Source: a virus (taxonomy: Duplodnaviria; Heunggongvirae; Uroviricota; Caudoviricetes). Taken from it: a stretch of 16,740 bases of DNA. Shown one piece after another: positions 15,490 through 16,740 of the stretch. The stretch's first letter is position 1; each line of letters starts with the position of its first letter. The translations under genes and the position numbers were made by a program. Under the pieces are notes generated by a model. That model worked only from the letters and a program-made list of their open reading frames with translations. It searched no databases and was not told the origin of the DNA. The stretch lies in IMG/VR virus record IMGVR_UViG_3300031867_000033, positions 64,344-81,083 of that record. The stretch is one strand, 5' to 3'.

Positions 15490-16296
15490 TCACCTCTCTT
15501 TAAATCGAAAGTCGATATTTAATATATTAATATTATAAGGAATCTATAAATAAGAATTTCTCCACTACAGTGCGCCGCGACCCTATAACGTTGGTCTAAA
15601 CTCCATTATATAATCCTCGGAGTTAAATTCAAATTGGAATCCATCTATCTCTCCAAATGGTAAACCGGCACATTGTCCATTAGAGGCCCAGGCTGACCAG
15701 GCTTGATTTTTATTATGAACTCGATAAGTAATATTTCCAATATTTGTTTTTAATTTTATTCTATTAAAACTATGAATAGAATCCGGAAGCTACCAACTTC
15801 CATTAATTAAAACTTCAATCTCAATCTTTGGCTGAATTTTCTTTTTAACTTCGGGCATTTCAAAAGCAACTTTCTCTATTTTTTGCTTATCTGCCTTTTC
15901 AAAAAGTTTTTGCTAGAAACTTTCTGAAACTCTATAAAAGAAAATTCTATTCTGAGCAATATTAAACTTTTTTGCTAAGGCAATAATTAAAGAAATTGCT
16001 TTCTTTTCTACTCCTTTTCTAGTTCCACAAATTCCAATCTTTAAAACCTTATGATATGACGGTATAGCCTCCCATATTGATAAATGGTCAACGTAATAAT
16101 CAATAGTTAAAGGTTCCATTAAACCTAAAGTCTGTTGCCTCATCATATACTCTGCTAATGTTGTATTTGATTTAACAATTAAATCGGGCAACTAGTAAAT
16201 ATATAAATTAAAAGGAGCCGACCCTTGCGGCTCCCTCCCATTAACCTAATATATAGGAAAACCGAGGTCTTTATTAATTATTGCACGAAGTGGCAT
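15490..16296 (-). CDS. Degenerate amidase_2-like domain fused to a ChW-like cell-wall-binding segment (268 aa); code 15
   Basis: TAATG overlap with the endolysin stop. DYYVDHLSIWEAIP...KIGICG...AISLIIALAKKFNIAQNRIFFY mirrors amidase_2 spacing without the Zn-binding His residues. ITYRVHNKNQAWSAWASNGQCAG...IDGFQ resembles a ChW repeat. 7 TAG; ends TGA. Confidence 0.62.
16206..16234 (-). terminator. Terminator-like hairpin inside the 15490..16296 reading frame
   Basis: GGAGCCG-CAAGGGT-CGGCTCC (16234-16214) followed by TTTTAATTT. Confidence 0.6.
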
Positions 16297-16740
16297 TATT
16301 TTACGTAATATTCTCCATCAGAAGTTTTAAATAAGCACCACCCTGAGGGAATTTTTCCCCAGACTTCCCCATTAGTTAATTCCTTAACTTCCAAAACTGA
16401 AACCTTGGTTCCTTTCTTAAGAACTGCTTTGGACTAGTTATAAGAATTAGCCTTTGCATTTTCAGTTAACTAGCTCCTAGACTTCCAAGAATATGATGTG
16501 CCAGCACCTGAACGAACCTTAAGGTCTACCTAAAGTGTATAGACTTTGCCAATAGTATAGATTGATTTCTTAGTAGAAGTATTTGATGGTGTCGCGGCAC
16601 TTTGTGAAGGAACAGTTTCAGCTTTAATTTCTTCCTTAGTCTCAGTTTTAGCTTCTTCCTTAGTTTCCTCCTTATTTAAAGTAGGAATTGAATAAAAGTA
16701 GTTCATGTCTACTCCACTACTAATTGAATTTAACTTATAA
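16296..16740 (-). CDS. Endolysin C-terminal part (end of a probable GH25 domain, linker, SH3-like cell-wall-binding domain); 5' end outside the window; code 15
   Basis: ISSGVDMNYF resembles the end of a GH25 domain; an E/K/T/S linker follows; then YTLQVDLKVRSGAGTSY...VLKKGTKVSVLE...WGKIPSGWC. 3 TAG in the visible part; ends TAA. Confidence 0.78.

Overview
AT-rich (roughly 30% GC by eye) segment of a large bacteriophage genome, most likely infecting a Clostridia-type Firmicute (GGAGG RBSs, sigma70/sigmaA-type promoters, SleB-type hydrolase, ChW-like repeat). The supplied ORF track is misleading because TAG is read as glutamine (genetic code 15). In-frame TAGs fall on conserved Gln positions of NrdD, a UvrD-like helicase and a GIY-YIG nuclease. 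Re-reading TAG as Gln tiles the minus strand with RBS-led genes that all end in TAA/TGA. In transcription order the window holds a lysis-like block (endolysin, degenerate amidase, holin-like protein), a UvrD-like helicase, a lipoprotein SleB-like hydrolase, small accessory genes behind repeated promoters, an RNA ligase plus a truncated copy of its 5' end, a degenerate phosphoesterase, ThyX, a GNAT, a membrane-anchored GIY-YIG protein, a DNA ligase, a PD-(D/E)XK nuclease, a second holin-like protein and NrdD. Only two tandem paralogous genes lie on the plus strand. The most unusual signals are: (1) a dispersed GC-rich 17-bp motif, YT(G/T)CGCCGC-NN-YAYCAW, with about a dozen copies in both orientations, inside and between genes; (2) sharply bimodal TAG usage that tracks two promoter classes; (3) an RNA-ligase stub broken at one of those motifs; and (4) a terminator-like hairpin inside a lysis-block gene just after its first TAG. 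All translations and counts were done by hand. No tRNA, rRNA or CRISPR array was seen.
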